Source: an uncultured delta proteobacterium (GTDB lineage: Bacteria > Myxococcota_A > Polyangia > Fen-1088). From it: a stretch of 64,000 nt of DNA. The position numbers were made by a program, and so were the translations under genes. Where the stretch lies: positions 309,264-373,263 of the forward strand of contig CAVWIP010000012.1 of the NCBI GenBank assembly GCA_963755125.1. Direction: 5' to 3'. Below the pieces are notes generated by a model, which saw only the letters and a program-made list of their open reading frames with translations, was not told where the DNA came from and did no database searches. Position 1 is the first letter of the stretch, and the number at the start of each line of letters is the position of its first letter. This document shows positions 29,165 through 40,767 of this stretch, piece by piece.

Positions 29165-30958
29165 CTAGAAAACCTGACGAAAGCCGAATGACATGCGGCC
29201 GGGCCAGCCGGCGGGCATGCCGGGCGCCGGCCGCAACGGGAAAGCCCAATCAGCGCGCAGGGCGTAGGTATTGAGCTGGGGAATGAGCAGGCGCAGGCCG
29301 AAGCCCGCGTCGCTATAGAAGGTCAGGTTGCCGGCGTCGACGGACGCGTCGCCGGCGTCGAAGAAGAGCAGGCCGCCCAGACGCAGGAACGCCAGCTTGA
29401 GCGCCATGGTGCGCGCCTCGATGTGGCCGATGAACTGGGCGCCGCAGCCCACGAACTCGCCCACCGGGTAACCACGCAGGCCGGTGTCGCCGCCCTCGAC
29501 GAAGTAGCGCTTGCGCGTGTTCTCGTAGAGAAAACCCACGTTGCCCGCGGCCACCACGCGCAAGAGGTGCGCCAGCACCGGCGTGGCCAGGGACGCGTGG
29601 CCTTGCACGAGCTGGTTGTTCACCTGACCGTCCTCCAGCCTGCCTTCCCACGATCCACCCACGCTTTCCAGTCCGCCCCACCAGTCTGCCGCAAGGTCGA
29701 GTGAGGTCTGAAACAAGCTGAAGTCCTTGTCAGAGCCGACCAGCGTGCTGGCCCGGCCTGCCTTGAGCGACAGCGTGGGCCCCAGCCGCACGTCCTCGCG
29801 AAAATCGAAAGTGTTGAGATCGCGGTAGGTCCGGTAGCGGGGCGTGAATAGATCGTAGCGGAGAAACAGGTCCGACGTGCGCTCGGACAGGGGGAAGACC
29901 TCCTGGGCGAACTGTGTCCGCTCGGGCGAGCCGTCAGGATAGGGAAAGTCGGAGGTGAACGACGGCCGCGTGAGCGCCAGCTCGTAGCCGAGGCTCACGC
30001 GCTGGATGACCCAAGGTCTGGGAAACGAGCGGGTGACCACCTCGCTGGTATTGATGGTCTTCAGCCGATACACCCAGGGAGCGGTTTCCACCCCGGGGGG
30101 CTCGGCGGCCGGACCCAGATCGCAGGCACTGCGGACCGCACCGTCGAGCGGAACCGCGTAGAGCTGGGTGCCGAGAAATTGCCGGTACACGCCGTCGTAG
30201 TGGCTGAAGTCCGCGGTTGCGCCCCACCGGCTGGCCAGCGAGTAGAGCGGATACTCCAGGTGAAAGAGCGACGAAGTGCCTTCCTGCGGCCCCGCCGCGA
30301 TCTCGCCGATCTGGCGCGCCCAGATTACGTAGAAGGCCGCTTGCAGCTTGAGCCGCGTGCCCAGGATGTTGGGATCGATGTAGTTGGGCCCCACGGACAT
30401 CTCGCCTTGGTTCATGGCGAACACGGCGGCCACGTTCTTGCGCCAGCCGAACAGGTTGTTCTCCGAGAGCGAGGCCGTGAACGAGAGGAGCTGGCCCGCC
30501 TGCGCTTCGAAATCTTCATTGAATCGCAGACTCCAGACGTCGCGGGTCACGATGAGCACATCGACCATCCCCGGCGTCGCGGACTTCACCGGCAAGACGG
30601 CCACGACGTTGGAGAGTGTGGGATCCTGCAAGTTGCGCGTGGTCTCCTCAGCCAGATCCTGGTCGTAGCGATCGCCGGCCTGCAGCAGCGACTCGCGCCG
30701 GACGTGGTGCTCGCGCGTGGTGCGGTGAAAGATGTTGGCCCAGACCAGCGGGACTCGTTCGCGCGCCAGAAACACGTCCAGGTTCACCACCTGGACCGCG
30801 CCGATGATTTTGCCCTGCGGCTCGGGTTCGATGGTCAGGCCACGCATGGCGAGCGCATCGTCCACCGCTTCTCGTTCCAGCATTCCCAGATCGGCATAGC
30901 CCGAGGCCGCGGCCGAAGCCGGCAGGAGCAGCAGCAGACACAGGCAGGCGCCGCGCAT
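29165..30958 (-). CDS. Omp85 (BamA/TamA) family outer membrane protein
   Basis: Signal peptide, POTRA-like TREHHVRRESLL..GDRY, SENNLFG, LRGY loop-6 motif, GFGLRL and terminal Phe. Confidence 0.75.
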   Translation of the reverse strand: MRGACLCLLLLLPASAAASGYADLGMLEREAVDDALAMRGLTIEPEPQGKIIGAVQVVNLDVFLARERVPLVWANIFHRTTREHHVRRESLLQAGDRYDQDLAEETTRNLQDPTLSNVVAVLPVKSATPGMVDVLIVTRDVWSLRFNEDFEAQAGQLLSFTASLSENNLFGWRKNVAAVFAMNQGEMSVGPNYIDPNILGTRLKLQAAFYVIWARQIGEIAAGPQEGTSSLFHLEYPLYSLASRWGATADFSHYDGVYRQFLGTQLYAVPLDGAVRSACDLGPAAEPPGVETAPWVYRLKTINTSEVVTRSFPRPWVIQRVSLGYELALTRPSFTSDFPYPDGSPERTQFAQEVFPLSERTSDLFLRYDLFTPRYRTYRDLNTFDFREDVRLGPTLSLKAGRASTLVGSDKDFSLFQTSLDLAADWWGGLESVGGSWEGRLEDGQVNNQLVQGHASLATPVLAHLLRVVAAGNVGFLYENTRKRYFVEGGDTGLRGYPVGEFVGCGAQFIGHIEARTMALKLAFLRLGGLLFFDAGDASVDAGNLTFYSDAGFGLRLLIPQLNTYALRADWAFPLRPAPGMPAGWPGRMSFGFRQVF

Positions 30959-31184
30959 TTGCGGCGCATTCTACGCGCGAAACCCTCGCTGCCGCTTGCT
31001 CCTCATCTTGGACGAGGCCAGCTACCCGTCCCGCATTGGCTGTGCGCGGCGTGTTTGCGGAGAGTTTGCAGAGAAAAAGTGACAAGCCGGCCACTTCAGG
31101 CCAACATTCCGCCCGACGCCGGAAGAAAAGCCGGTGCATCCAAGAAACAGCCAGATGTTGGCTACAATCGGGAGGGATTACTCG

Positions 31185-31832
31185 ATGAAAAAGCTCCGAG
31201 GGAAACTAGTCGCAAGTTTGGCCGCGATCGCGTTTTTGGGCTTGCTGGGCTCGGCCCAGGCTCAGGCCCCGGCCCCAGCCATGGACACGGCCGCACAGCC
31301 CATGATGCCGGCCCCAGCCGCAGCACCGATGGGCTCTGACAACATGTCGGGACAGTTGGGTATCGGCGTGGGTGTCGGCGCCGGGACCGATCTCGTCACA
31401 ACGAAAGATACCGAGATCAATATGAAGTACTGGCTCAGCGATATGCTGTCTGTCATGCCGCAACTGGCACTCACTCTTGCCAGTGCGAGTGGCTCCAGCA
31501 CAGCATGGAAGATCGCTCCTGCTGCACTCGCGCTGTACTGCCCGTGGAAGACCACCTCAACCCGACTCGGTGTCGGCGGAGGTCTTGGGCTGAGTTTCGG
31601 CAAGGCCGCTGTGGCTACCGGCACCCCTGCTCCCGACACGGCCATCACTATCAGGCTGCCCATCTATGCGGGGGTGGAGCACTTCTTCACCAGGTGGTTC
31701 TCCATGGGAGTCGCCGTGCAAGAAGATTTCTTGAACTACACGAAAACGGGACCCACCCACAGTTTCAATCTGGCCATCGACAACACGGCCACCACTCAAG
31801 CGGTCGGATTCCTCTTCTTTTACACCGACTAG
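31185..31832 (+). CDS. Small outer-membrane beta-barrel protein
   Basis: GGAGG RBS, signal peptide ending AQA, amphipathic strands (AGVEHFFTRWFSMG) and aromatic C-terminal strand. Confidence 0.7.
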   Translation: MKKLRGKLVASLAAIAFLGLLGSAQAQAPAPAMDTAAQPMMPAPAAAPMGSDNMSGQLGIGVGVGAGTDLVTTKDTEINMKYWLSDMLSVMPQLALTLASASGSSTAWKIAPAALALYCPWKTTSTRLGVGGGLGLSFGKAAVATGTPAPDTAITIRLPIYAGVEHFFTRWFSMGVAVQEDFLNYTKTGPTHSFNLAIDNTATTQAVGFLFFYTD

Positions 31833-31875
31833 GAACGCACCGGTCGGGCAATGCCTGACCAAACTGTCTTGCAAG

Positions 31876-31904
31876 GCGGGATCCTTCGGGGTCCCGCTTT
31901 TTTT
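31876..31904 (+). terminator. Intrinsic terminator
   Basis: GCGGGATCC-TTCG-GGGTCCCGC followed by 7 T. Confidence 0.9.
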
Positions 31905-31921
31905 GCCGTTCGTCGATCGGA

Positions 31922-32980
<1,059 letters not shown>

Positions 32981-33229
32981 GGGCGGCACATTTACCACGC
33001 GCGATCCGGAGTTTCACCACAGAGCGCACAGAGGCCACAGAGGCCGGAAGGAAAGGGTTCCTTCGGCTTCTGGCGCGCGGCAAGCTCATCCCGCCACTGG
33101 TGCTCCGAAGCAACCCTTTTCTTCTCTAGGGCGCGCTGGAGTACACTACGTATTGTGGTCTGGGCGAGCGCATGATCGGGTTCTTCGCCCAAAGATTCAC
33201 CTGCTGACTATCACTCGGGAAAACGTAGC

Positions 33230-34168
33230 ATGAAGATCTGGATCGGCGTCACCGACCGCAGCTGGTTTGAACAGCAGAAGGCCCAGGCCCCCGAGGAAGT
33301 CAACTTCTGGCAACCCGGCGGTACCAGCACTTTCAAGGTTCTACCTGAAGAGGGCTTGTTTCTTTTCAAGCTCCATCACCCCGATAACTTCATCGCCGGG
33401 GGAGGCTATTTCGTTCGCCACTCGTTTCTGCCGGTTTCGCTGGCCTGGAAAGCCTTCGGGCTGAACAACGGTGTCAGGGATCTGGCCGAGTTCCAGGCGC
33501 GTATCCGAAAGTATCGCCGGGACGACGCCGGCCACGATCCAGTCATTGGCTGCATAGTCCTCGCGCAGCCATTCTTCTTGGAGCAACACGATTGGATACC
33601 CGTGCCGGAAAGCTTCAAGAAGAACATCGTGACCGGCAAATCCTACGAATCCGAGACCGACGAGTGTAGGCAGCTCATTGAGATGCTGCGCCTCCGCCTG
33701 GCAGGGCCGAGCGTGTTGGCACGGGATTCTGCCTTGGACGATCAGAGTGGGTACGGCGACCAGAATCGATACGGTAATCCATTGATGGTTCGCCCTCGGC
33801 TTGGCCAGGGTTCTTTCCGTGTTCTTGTGACTGAAACCTACCAGCGTCGATGCGCCCTCACCGGTGAGAGGACTCTCCCCGTGCTCGAGGCCGCACACAT
33901 CAAGCCCTATGCGGAGCAAGGTCCTCACCGTATTCAGAACGGGCTGCTTCTGCGATCCGACCTACACATCCTCTTCGACCAGGGCTATTTCACGATCACG
34001 CCGGACCATCACGTGCTCGTCAGCAAGCGCATCCGCCAGGAGTTCGAGAACGGCAGGGATTACTACGCGCTGGGTGGCAAACCGGTCAAGGTGCTGCCTG
34101 ATCTTGAAAACAACCGGCCCGCGCCTGAGTTCCTACAGTGGCACAACGAACAGATCTACCTCGGATAG
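33230..34168 (+). CDS. HNH endonuclease (putative restriction endonuclease)
   Basis: RLGQGSFRVLV..YQRRCALTG..LEAAHIKP..NGLLLRSDLHILFDQG..FLQWH. GC is lower than in flanking genes. Confidence 0.88.
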   Translation: MKIWIGVTDRSWFEQQKAQAPEEVNFWQPGGTSTFKVLPEEGLFLFKLHHPDNFIAGGGYFVRHSFLPVSLAWKAFGLNNGVRDLAEFQARIRKYRRDDAGHDPVIGCIVLAQPFFLEQHDWIPVPESFKKNIVTGKSYESETDECRQLIEMLRLRLAGPSVLARDSALDDQSGYGDQNRYGNPLMVRPRLGQGSFRVLVTETYQRRCALTGERTLPVLEAAHIKPYAEQGPHRIQNGLLLRSDLHILFDQGYFTITPDHHVLVSKRIRQEFENGRDYYALGGKPVKVLPDLENNRPAPEFLQWHNEQIYLG

Positions 34169-34275
34169 AAGTCATCGAGCCGCATGTTGGTCGTCACATC
34201 CAACTCCAACGCCCGCCCCACCTCCAAGAGCTCGGTCCTACTCAATACCGAAAGCGCCTTGCGTTTGAACGTCAT
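34156..34275 (-). pseudogene. 39-aa truncated gene start (MTFKRKALSVLSRTELLEVGRALELDVTTNMRLDD...)
   Basis: GGAG RBS upstream and an amphipathic helical sequence that runs into the 3' end of the HNH gene. Not in the supplied ORF track. Confidence 0.4.
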
Positions 34276-34427
34276 GAACGTCTCCGAGTACCAGCCGAGG
34301 TTTAGCTTCCGCGGCATGATACGCGGCGACGGCGGCCATGGGAAGCAAAGGGCACCGTCGGCGCGACGAGGTGAATCGATGAGGGAAACGTCGTTGCTGG
34401 TGCGGTTGCGTGGTACGCTTCTTCACC

Positions 34428-34652
34428 ATGCAAACCAGGCAGTTGACGGCGATCATCGAACGGGAGGGCGACGGCTATGTATCCCTGTGCCCGGAAGTGG
34501 ACGTTGCCAGCCAAGGCACGACGATCGATGAAGCACGCGTGAACTTGATCGAAGCCCTGGAGCTGTTCTTTGAAACGGCCGACGCTTCGGAGATCCAGAG
34601 CCGCATGCACAGCGAGGTATTCGTGACCCGGCTTGAGGTGGCTGTTGGGTAG
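34428..34652 (+). CDS. hicB: HicB family antitoxin (short form)
   Basis: LTAIIEREGDGYVSLCPEVDVASQGTTIDEARVNLIEALELF. Confidence 0.9.
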   Translation: MQTRQLTAIIEREGDGYVSLCPEVDVASQGTTIDEARVNLIEALELFFETADASEIQSRMHSEVFVTRLEVAVG

Positions 34653-34866
34653 ACTGAAGATCTTCTCGGGACGACAGCTCTGCGCCGTTTTGGAGCAGCA
34701 TGGATTCGTCAATGTCCGCCAGCGCGGCAGCCACATCGTCATGCAGAAGCGCGAGGGCGAAACAACAGTGACGATACCGGTGCCCGATCACGCCGAAATC
34801 AAGATCGGCACGCTCTTGTCCATCGTAAGGCAATCGGGCCTGCCAAGGGCTGTCTTCGAGCCCTGA
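34645..34866 (+). CDS. hicA: HicA family mRNA interferase toxin
   Basis: GFVNVRQRGSH, IPVPDH..IKIGTLLSIVRQSG. TTG start follows GAGGTG. Confidence 0.9.
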   Translation: MGRLKIFSGRQLCAVLEQHGFVNVRQRGSHIVMQKREGETTVTIPVPDHAEIKIGTLLSIVRQSGLPRAVFEP

Positions 34867-34903
34867 CGTCGAAGAAGTCCTCGACAGCCCTCTCTGGCTG
34901 AAG

Positions 34904-37027
34904 TCAGTCGTTGATGCCGTCTTTTGAGTAGTGCGGATTCACCGCCAGCGACAGCTCGAAGGGCTCGCCGTAGAGCAACCGATAGTGCGCGTACACGGCC
35001 AGCACGCGCTTGATGTACTCGCGCGCCTGATCGTAGGTGACCAGTTCCACAAATTCGTCGAGCGGCCGGCTGCCCCATTGGTCACACCAGCGCATCATGG
35101 CGTGTGAGCCGGCGTTGTACGCGCCCGCAGCCAGCGCGATCTGCCCGCCGAACCTCTTGAGCAGCGCGCCCAGGTAGGTGGCGCCGAAGCGAACATTGAC
35201 CTCGGGATCAAACAGCTCTTCGGTAAACAAGGGCACGCCCAGGTGCTTGGCGATCTCCTGGCCGGTGGCTGGGATGAGCTGGAGCAATCCGCGCGCATCC
35301 GAGGGCGAGAGCGCGTGGGGCAGAAACGACGATTCCTTGCGCATGATCGCGTAGACGAACAGGTCGGGCGCGCTGGCGGCTGCCGCCAGCGGTTCCACCA
35401 TGTCGCGGAAGCCACGCGGATAGGCGGCTTGCCAGAAGATGCGCGCAGGCCCGGTCGGTGCCGAGGCCAGGGCCGAGGCGCCGTGGGTCTCGGCCAGCCG
35501 GAGCGCCCGGTGAAAGGCGCGCATGCGTGGGTATTCTTCCAGCAGCAAGGTCGTCCCATTCGCCTTGCCCATGTGTTGCAGCACGCTCGCCTCGGCCCGT
35601 CCCAGCTCCTCGCCTGCCTCCACGTCCAGCCCGGCGGCGAGCAACTCGCGCGCGCGCTCCAGCGCCGGATCGCGAGCGGGCTTGCCGTGGGCCTCCGGCG
35701 CCGGAGACGACGAAGGTGGCCATTCGATCGTGACTTTCTCGCCCGCTTCGCGCAGCCGCGCCGCTGCCAGCAGGCCGTAGTAGCCGAACCGCGAGCGCTG
35801 CACGCACTCACGCAGTTGGCGGCGCGATTCGTCGACAAGCCCGGCCTGCGCCAAAAATCGCGCCCTCCAGTAGCGCACGCGCAAGACCGCATCACTGTCT
35901 TTGCGGGAAAGGCGCTCATACTGGTCGAGGGCGCGCAAGGCTTCGGTGGACTCGCCCAGCAGATGGTGTGCCAGCGCGACATACCATGCGGCGTCGTCGG
36001 CAAACGAGCTGTGCGGATAGCGCACCAGGGTGGCCTGCAAACCGGGCAGGGCCTCGCGGAAACGACCGCGATTGACCTCCAGCCACCCGGAACGGAACTG
36101 GGCCTCGGCTGCCCATTTCGAGCCGGGGTAGCGCTCGACCACCTGGCGGTAGCCGGCGATGGCCTCGTCGTTGCGTTCGATGCGGGAAAGCGCGCGCGCA
36201 CCATGAAACGCCGCGAAGGCCGCTTTGTCCCCGGCTAGCTGGGGAGCCACCTTCTGCAGCAAAGCCGCTGCCCCGGCATAGTCGCGCCTCATCTTGTACT
36301 TGCTCATGCCGATGGCGAAGTCGCGCTCGGCCGCCAGATCCACAGGCAAGGCCGCAGGCAACAACGCGAGCTCGTCGAGCGCCGCCTGGTACTCGCGGCC
36401 ATCGGCCAGCTTTTCCGCACGTCGCAGCCGCTCTTGCGGCGAAAGATCCGTCACCGTGGCCACGGCCGGCGTGCCGAGAGCCACGGCTCGCTTGGCCGAC
36501 TCGGCGGCCAACGGGTGCGACGGAAAGTCCAGGTGTACCTGCAGGTAGAGGCGGCGCGCGTCCTGCGCAGCGGTCCCTGTCTTCGAGGCCGCTGCCTCGG
36601 CAGAGAATTCCGCCAGACGAAAACGCGCCACTGCCGGATCGGTTCCCGCCACTCTTGTTGACAGCAGGCTCCGGTACGCCGCTGCGGCTTCGCTGCGCTG
36701 GCCCTGCATCCACTGGCAGTCCGCCGCGCGCCAGGGCGCGATGCCGGCGAAACGCGAAGACCTCAATTTGGCCAGCTCGGAAAATGCGGCACGCGCCTTG
36801 GCGTAGGAACCGTCGTAGAAAAGGCTTTCGCCGAGTAGATAGAGGGCATAGTCCCGGTTGCGCGACAGCCTGTGCGGCAGACCGTCAAGCGCGCGCGCTG
36901 ATTCGTGGTAGTCGCCTGCGCGCAGGGCCAGAAAACCGCGCGCCAGGGCGGCCACCGGACCACGCGCGGGCGGCCCTGGCGCGGCAGCGGCCAGGAAAAC
37001 AAGAACGCCCAGCGTCGAGATCGCCAT
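34904..37027 (-). CDS. Soluble lytic transglycosylase (SLT domain) with TPR repeats
   Basis: Motifs AIMRKES, ARGLLQLIP and AYNAG, with TPR-like helices upstream. Confidence 0.9.
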   Translation of the reverse strand: MAISTLGVLVFLAAAAPGPPARGPVAALARGFLALRAGDYHESARALDGLPHRLSRNRDYALYLLGESLFYDGSYAKARAAFSELAKLRSSRFAGIAPWRAADCQWMQGQRSEAAAAYRSLLSTRVAGTDPAVARFRLAEFSAEAAASKTGTAAQDARRLYLQVHLDFPSHPLAAESAKRAVALGTPAVATVTDLSPQERLRRAEKLADGREYQAALDELALLPAALPVDLAAERDFAIGMSKYKMRRDYAGAAALLQKVAPQLAGDKAAFAAFHGARALSRIERNDEAIAGYRQVVERYPGSKWAAEAQFRSGWLEVNRGRFREALPGLQATLVRYPHSSFADDAAWYVALAHHLLGESTEALRALDQYERLSRKDSDAVLRVRYWRARFLAQAGLVDESRRQLRECVQRSRFGYYGLLAAARLREAGEKVTIEWPPSSSPAPEAHGKPARDPALERARELLAAGLDVEAGEELGRAEASVLQHMGKANGTTLLLEEYPRMRAFHRALRLAETHGASALASAPTGPARIFWQAAYPRGFRDMVEPLAAAASAPDLFVYAIMRKESSFLPHALSPSDARGLLQLIPATGQEIAKHLGVPLFTEELFDPEVNVRFGATYLGALLKRFGGQIALAAGAYNAGSHAMMRWCDQWGSRPLDEFVELVTYDQAREYIKRVLAVYAHYRLLYGEPFELSLAVNPHYSKDGIND

Positions 37028-37166
37028 GAAGGAAACCACTATATCGTGGCCGAGACACGAAACTGGAAGACCTCTTTGCCGATACCCTGCTAGCGGTGAT
37101 TGACCCCCCGCTTGGAAAGTGAAAGAAGGAACTCAGGGCTGCCAAAGGCAAGGAGGCAAGAACCCC

Positions 37167-37646
37167 ATGGGTAGCGTCAACAAAGTCATACTGGTTGGAA
37201 ATCTCGGGGCCGATCCCGAGCTCAAGTACACGCCGAGCAACCGGGCGGTGTGCAATCTGAGCGTCGCGACCAACGAGGTGTGGAAGGACAAGAGCGGCCA
37301 GAAACAGGAAAAGACCGAGTGGCACCGGGTCAACGTGTGGGGCGAGCAAGCCGAGAACTGCTCGAAATTCCTGTCCAAGGGCCGCATGGTCTACGTCGAG
37401 GGCCGGCTGCAAACTCGTTCCTGGGACGACAAGGACGGCAAAAAGCGTTACAGCACCGAGGTGGTAGCCGACCGCGTGGTCTTCCTGGGCGGTGGCGCGG
37501 GTGCCGAGAATGGCGGTGGCGGCGGTGGCGGACGACGCGCCGGCGGCGGCCGTCCGGGCTGGGGTGAAGAGACGCAGCAGCCGCCCAGCGAGCCCAACGA
37601 CGGGGGCGGACCTCCGCCCGCGGGGGACGACGAAATTCCATTCTAG
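37167..37646 (+). CDS. ssb: Single-stranded DNA-binding protein
   Basis: [22 protein letters not shown]-terminal DDEIPF and AGGAGG RBS. Confidence 0.96.
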   Translation: MGSVNKVILVGNLGADPELKYTPSNRAVCNLSVATNEVWKDKSGQKQEKTEWHRVNVWGEQAENCSKFLSKGRMVYVEGRLQTRSWDDKDGKKRYSTEVVADRVVFLGGGAGAENGGGGGGGRRAGGGRPGWGEETQQPPSEPNDGGGPPPAGDDEIPF

Positions 37647-37753
37647 AATCGGCTCTACGAGGCGTCAGCAAAATCGACGTGCAGCCTCGCTGACGCATCC
37701 GTATACGCTAAAGGAGCGGGGCGATCCGCCGTTTGATATGATCGTTAGGGATC

Positions 37754-38689
37754 GTGCTGCGCGAAATCCTTGCTTCTCTCGCGATGATGGCGCCGTTGTG
37801 CCTGTCGGCCAGCGGTGGGAGCGTACTGCCCGAGCAACAGGCACCACGACGTTTCTTGGCCAGTTCCGCGGCCAGCGGCGAAGGTGACGGCCAGCCTACC
37901 GACTCGCGCCAAGGCTTGGGGAGTGAGCCGGGGGCGAGCGCGCCAGTGCATGCGGCCGCGTCCCCGACGACATTCCCACACTACTTGATTCCTCTCCCGG
38001 GCGAAGGGCCGGCCGCGGCCCACGGCCCGGCAGAGCGCCTGGTGCTGCTGACCTTCGACGACGGCCCTGACTTGCAGGGCACGCCGCTCATTCTGGACGA
38101 GCTGGACCGCCGCAACTTGAAAGCGGTGTTCTTCGTCATGGGCCAGCACATCGTGCGCAACCGGCCCGAGGATCTGGCGCGGCGCGATCTGCTGCGCAAG
38201 CTGGCGGTGCACGGGCACCACGTGGGCAACCACACCATGAACCACAAGGATCTCTGCCAGAACCCCGGCGCGCTGGCCGAGGAAGTCGACCACGCCGCCG
38301 AGCTCATCACCTACGCCACCGGCGTGCGGCCGCTGCTCTTTCGCGCGCCCTACGGGGCCCGTTGCCGTTCGCTGGATCGGGCGCTGGCCGAGCGCGATTT
38401 GATCCAGGTGGGCTGGAACGCGGACCCGCAGGAATGGCGCGGCGACGGCGAGAGCGCGATCTTCGCCTACGTCACCAACCGACTGGCCCACGCCTCTGCG
38501 CCTGTGATCTTGCTCCTGCACGACAAGAACCTGGCTGCCGTGCATGCCTTGCCGCGCATCCTCGACTGGATCGAGCAGGAAACGGCGCGCGTGGCACGTG
38601 AAGGCGGCGTGCCCATCCGCATCGTGGACTACTCGGTTCTCTTGCCCGTCCAGCAGACGACGCTTCAAGCGCGTTCGCTCGCGCGGTAG
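37754..38689 (+). CDS. Polysaccharide deacetylase (NodB/CE4)
   Basis: Motifs LTFDDGP, GNHTMNH, FRAPYG and ILLLHD. Confidence 0.9.
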   Translation: MLREILASLAMMAPLCLSASGGSVLPEQQAPRRFLASSAASGEGDGQPTDSRQGLGSEPGASAPVHAAASPTTFPHYLIPLPGEGPAAAHGPAERLVLLTFDDGPDLQGTPLILDELDRRNLKAVFFVMGQHIVRNRPEDLARRDLLRKLAVHGHHVGNHTMNHKDLCQNPGALAEEVDHAAELITYATGVRPLLFRAPYGARCRSLDRALAERDLIQVGWNADPQEWRGDGESAIFAYVTNRLAHASAPVILLLHDKNLAAVHALPRILDWIEQETARVAREGGVPIRIVDYSVLLPVQQTTLQARSLAR

Positions 38690-38710
38690 ATTCATGGGCC
38701 GGACAAGCCC

Positions 38711-40150
38711 ATGACCGCGACCATCCTGATCGTCGACGACGAGAAGAACATCCGCCGGACCGTGCGCATGGTGCTCGAGGGCGAGGGCTACACCGTGGAA
38801 GAGGCTGCCAGCGGCGAGGAGGCGCTGGCCCGCCTGCCTGACGTCGTCCCGGACCTGATCCTCCTCGACGTGCAACTGCCGGGCATCTCCGGCCTGGACC
38901 TGCTGGAGTCGCTGAAGAAGGCCAAGGCCGCCTTGGTCGCTCGCACGGCTTCGCTGCCCGACCCTGGCGTCATCATGATTTCGGGCCATGGAACCCTGGC
39001 CGATGCCGTGCGCGCGACCAAGGCGGGCGCCTACGATTTTCTCGAGAAGCCAATCGACCGCGAGCGCCTGATGGTCACCCTGCGCAACGCGCTCGAGCGC
39101 CGAGCCATGGCGGGCGAGGTGGCCGGGCTGCGCGCGCTCACCGAGGGCCGCTGGGAGATGGTGGGCCGAAGCCCGGCCATGACCGCACTGTTCTCGCAGA
39201 TCGACAAAGTGGCTCCCACCCGCACGCGCGTGCTCATCACCGGGGAATCGGGCACGGGCAAAGAGCTGATCGCGCGCGCCATCCATCGCGAGAGCGCGCT
39301 CGCCGACCGGCCCTTCGTCAAGGTGAACTGCGCGGCCATTCCGCCCGACCTGATCGAATCCGAGCTGTTCGGGCACGAACGCGGCGCCTTCACCGGCGCG
39401 GCGGCCCGCAAGAAGGGACTGTTCGAAATTGCCGACGGAGGCACGATTTTTCTCGACGAGATCGGCGACATGGCCCTGCCCGCGCAAGCCAAGGTGCTGC
39501 GCGTGCTGCAGTCAGGAGAGCTGTCGCGGGTGGGCGGCGAGCAGACCCTCAAGGTCGACGTTCGCGTGCTGGCGGCCACGAACCAGGACTTGACCGCGGC
39601 GGTGGCAGCGGGACGCTTTCGCGAGGATCTCTATTTTCGGCTGGCCGTGGTGCCCCTGCGGGCTCCTCCGCTGCGCGAACGCAGCGAGGATATTCCGCTG
39701 CTCTGTCAGGCATTCGTGCAGCAGTGCGCGCGGGAAAATGGCCTCAAGGAAAAGTCGATCGTGCCCGAGGCGCTGGCCGTGCTTTCTGGCTTCGAGTGGC
39801 CCGGCAACGTGCGCGAGTTGCGCAACGTGATCGAGCGTCTGGTCATCCTGTCCGAGGACCCCATCGGTGTGGGCGATCTGCCCGAGGAGATTGTGACCGA
39901 GGTTTCGCGCAAGAACCGGCCCGAGCGCGCGGTGGCCGCCCTGGCTCTTCCGCCCGAAACGCGCAGCCTGCCCTTGCGCGAGCTTCGCGATCTGGTCGAG
40001 CGGCAGTACATCCTATCCAAGCTGGATGAGAACGGCTGGAACATCTCGCGCACCGCCCAGGTTCTCGACATCGAGCGCACCAACCTGCACAAGAAGATGC
40101 GGGCACTCGGCATCTCGCGCGACGACCGACGCGAGCAGGGCCAGGGCTGA
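38711..40150 (+). CDS. Sigma-54-dependent response regulator (NtrC/NtrX family)
   Basis: Receiver domain, GESGTGKE, GAFTGA, FLDEIG, WPGNVREL and Fis-type HTH. Confidence 0.95.
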   Translation: MTATILIVDDEKNIRRTVRMVLEGEGYTVEEAASGEEALARLPDVVPDLILLDVQLPGISGLDLLESLKKAKAALVARTASLPDPGVIMISGHGTLADAVRATKAGAYDFLEKPIDRERLMVTLRNALERRAMAGEVAGLRALTEGRWEMVGRSPAMTALFSQIDKVAPTRTRVLITGESGTGKELIARAIHRESALADRPFVKVNCAAIPPDLIESELFGHERGAFTGAAARKKGLFEIADGGTIFLDEIGDMALPAQAKVLRVLQSGELSRVGGEQTLKVDVRVLAATNQDLTAAVAAGRFREDLYFRLAVVPLRAPPLRERSEDIPLLCQAFVQQCARENGLKEKSIVPEALAVLSGFEWPGNVRELRNVIERLVILSEDPIGVGDLPEEIVTEVSRKNRPERAVAALALPPETRSLPLRELRDLVERQYILSKLDENGWNISRTAQVLDIERTNLHKKMRALGISRDDRREQGQG

Positions 40151-40207
40151 GCGACGCACCGGCGCAGGGGGCTTCGCAACGGGCGGGCTTCGTGCTACCG
40201 ATCATGT

Positions 40208-40705
40208 ATGCCCGAACGTAAGGCGCGTGCCAAGGCGGCGGTGCTGGCGTCCAGCCAGAGGATCGAAAAGATGCTGGGCGACAACTCTGCCTATCGCAAG
40301 GTCGAGGATGGTTTCTTCGTCATCAAGCAGGGGTCATCGCGCGTGATGATTCGCGTGCACCCGTGGAAGGACCACGCCGTGATTCGCCTGGCCGCCCAGT
40401 TGGTCAAAGGCGTGACCATGGAGGCGCCACTGGCCCTCGAACTCCTGGAGCTGAACGCGGTCCTGCGCTTCGGATCGTTTGCTTACGTGCCTGCCGGAGA
40501 CGCGGTGATCCTTTGCTACACCTTGGTCGACCGCGAGCTGGCCTCGCGCGAGGAGTTTCTGGAAACCATCCGCGACTTCGCCTTCGTGGCCGATGAGTAC
40601 GATGATCGCATTGCGGCCCGCTACGGCGGCCAGACCATGGAGGATCTGCTGGAAGAAAGCGTGCTCGATCATCTGCGCGAACCGGGCGGCCCCGAGCCGC
40701 GGTAG
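40208..40705 (+). CDS. YbjN / type III chaperone-like domain protein
   Basis: LLELNAVLRFGSF...ADEYDDRIAARYGG pattern. Confidence 0.65.
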   Translation: MPERKARAKAAVLASSQRIEKMLGDNSAYRKVEDGFFVIKQGSSRVMIRVHPWKDHAVIRLAAQLVKGVTMEAPLALELLELNAVLRFGSFAYVPAGDAVILCYTLVDRELASREEFLETIRDFAFVADEYDDRIAARYGGQTMEDLLEESVLDHLREPGGPEPR

Positions 40706-40767
40706 TACCGGAGGCCGGAGCCGGTTCGGATTCGGATCCTGCTGCCGGTCCCGGCCCCGGAACCGGA

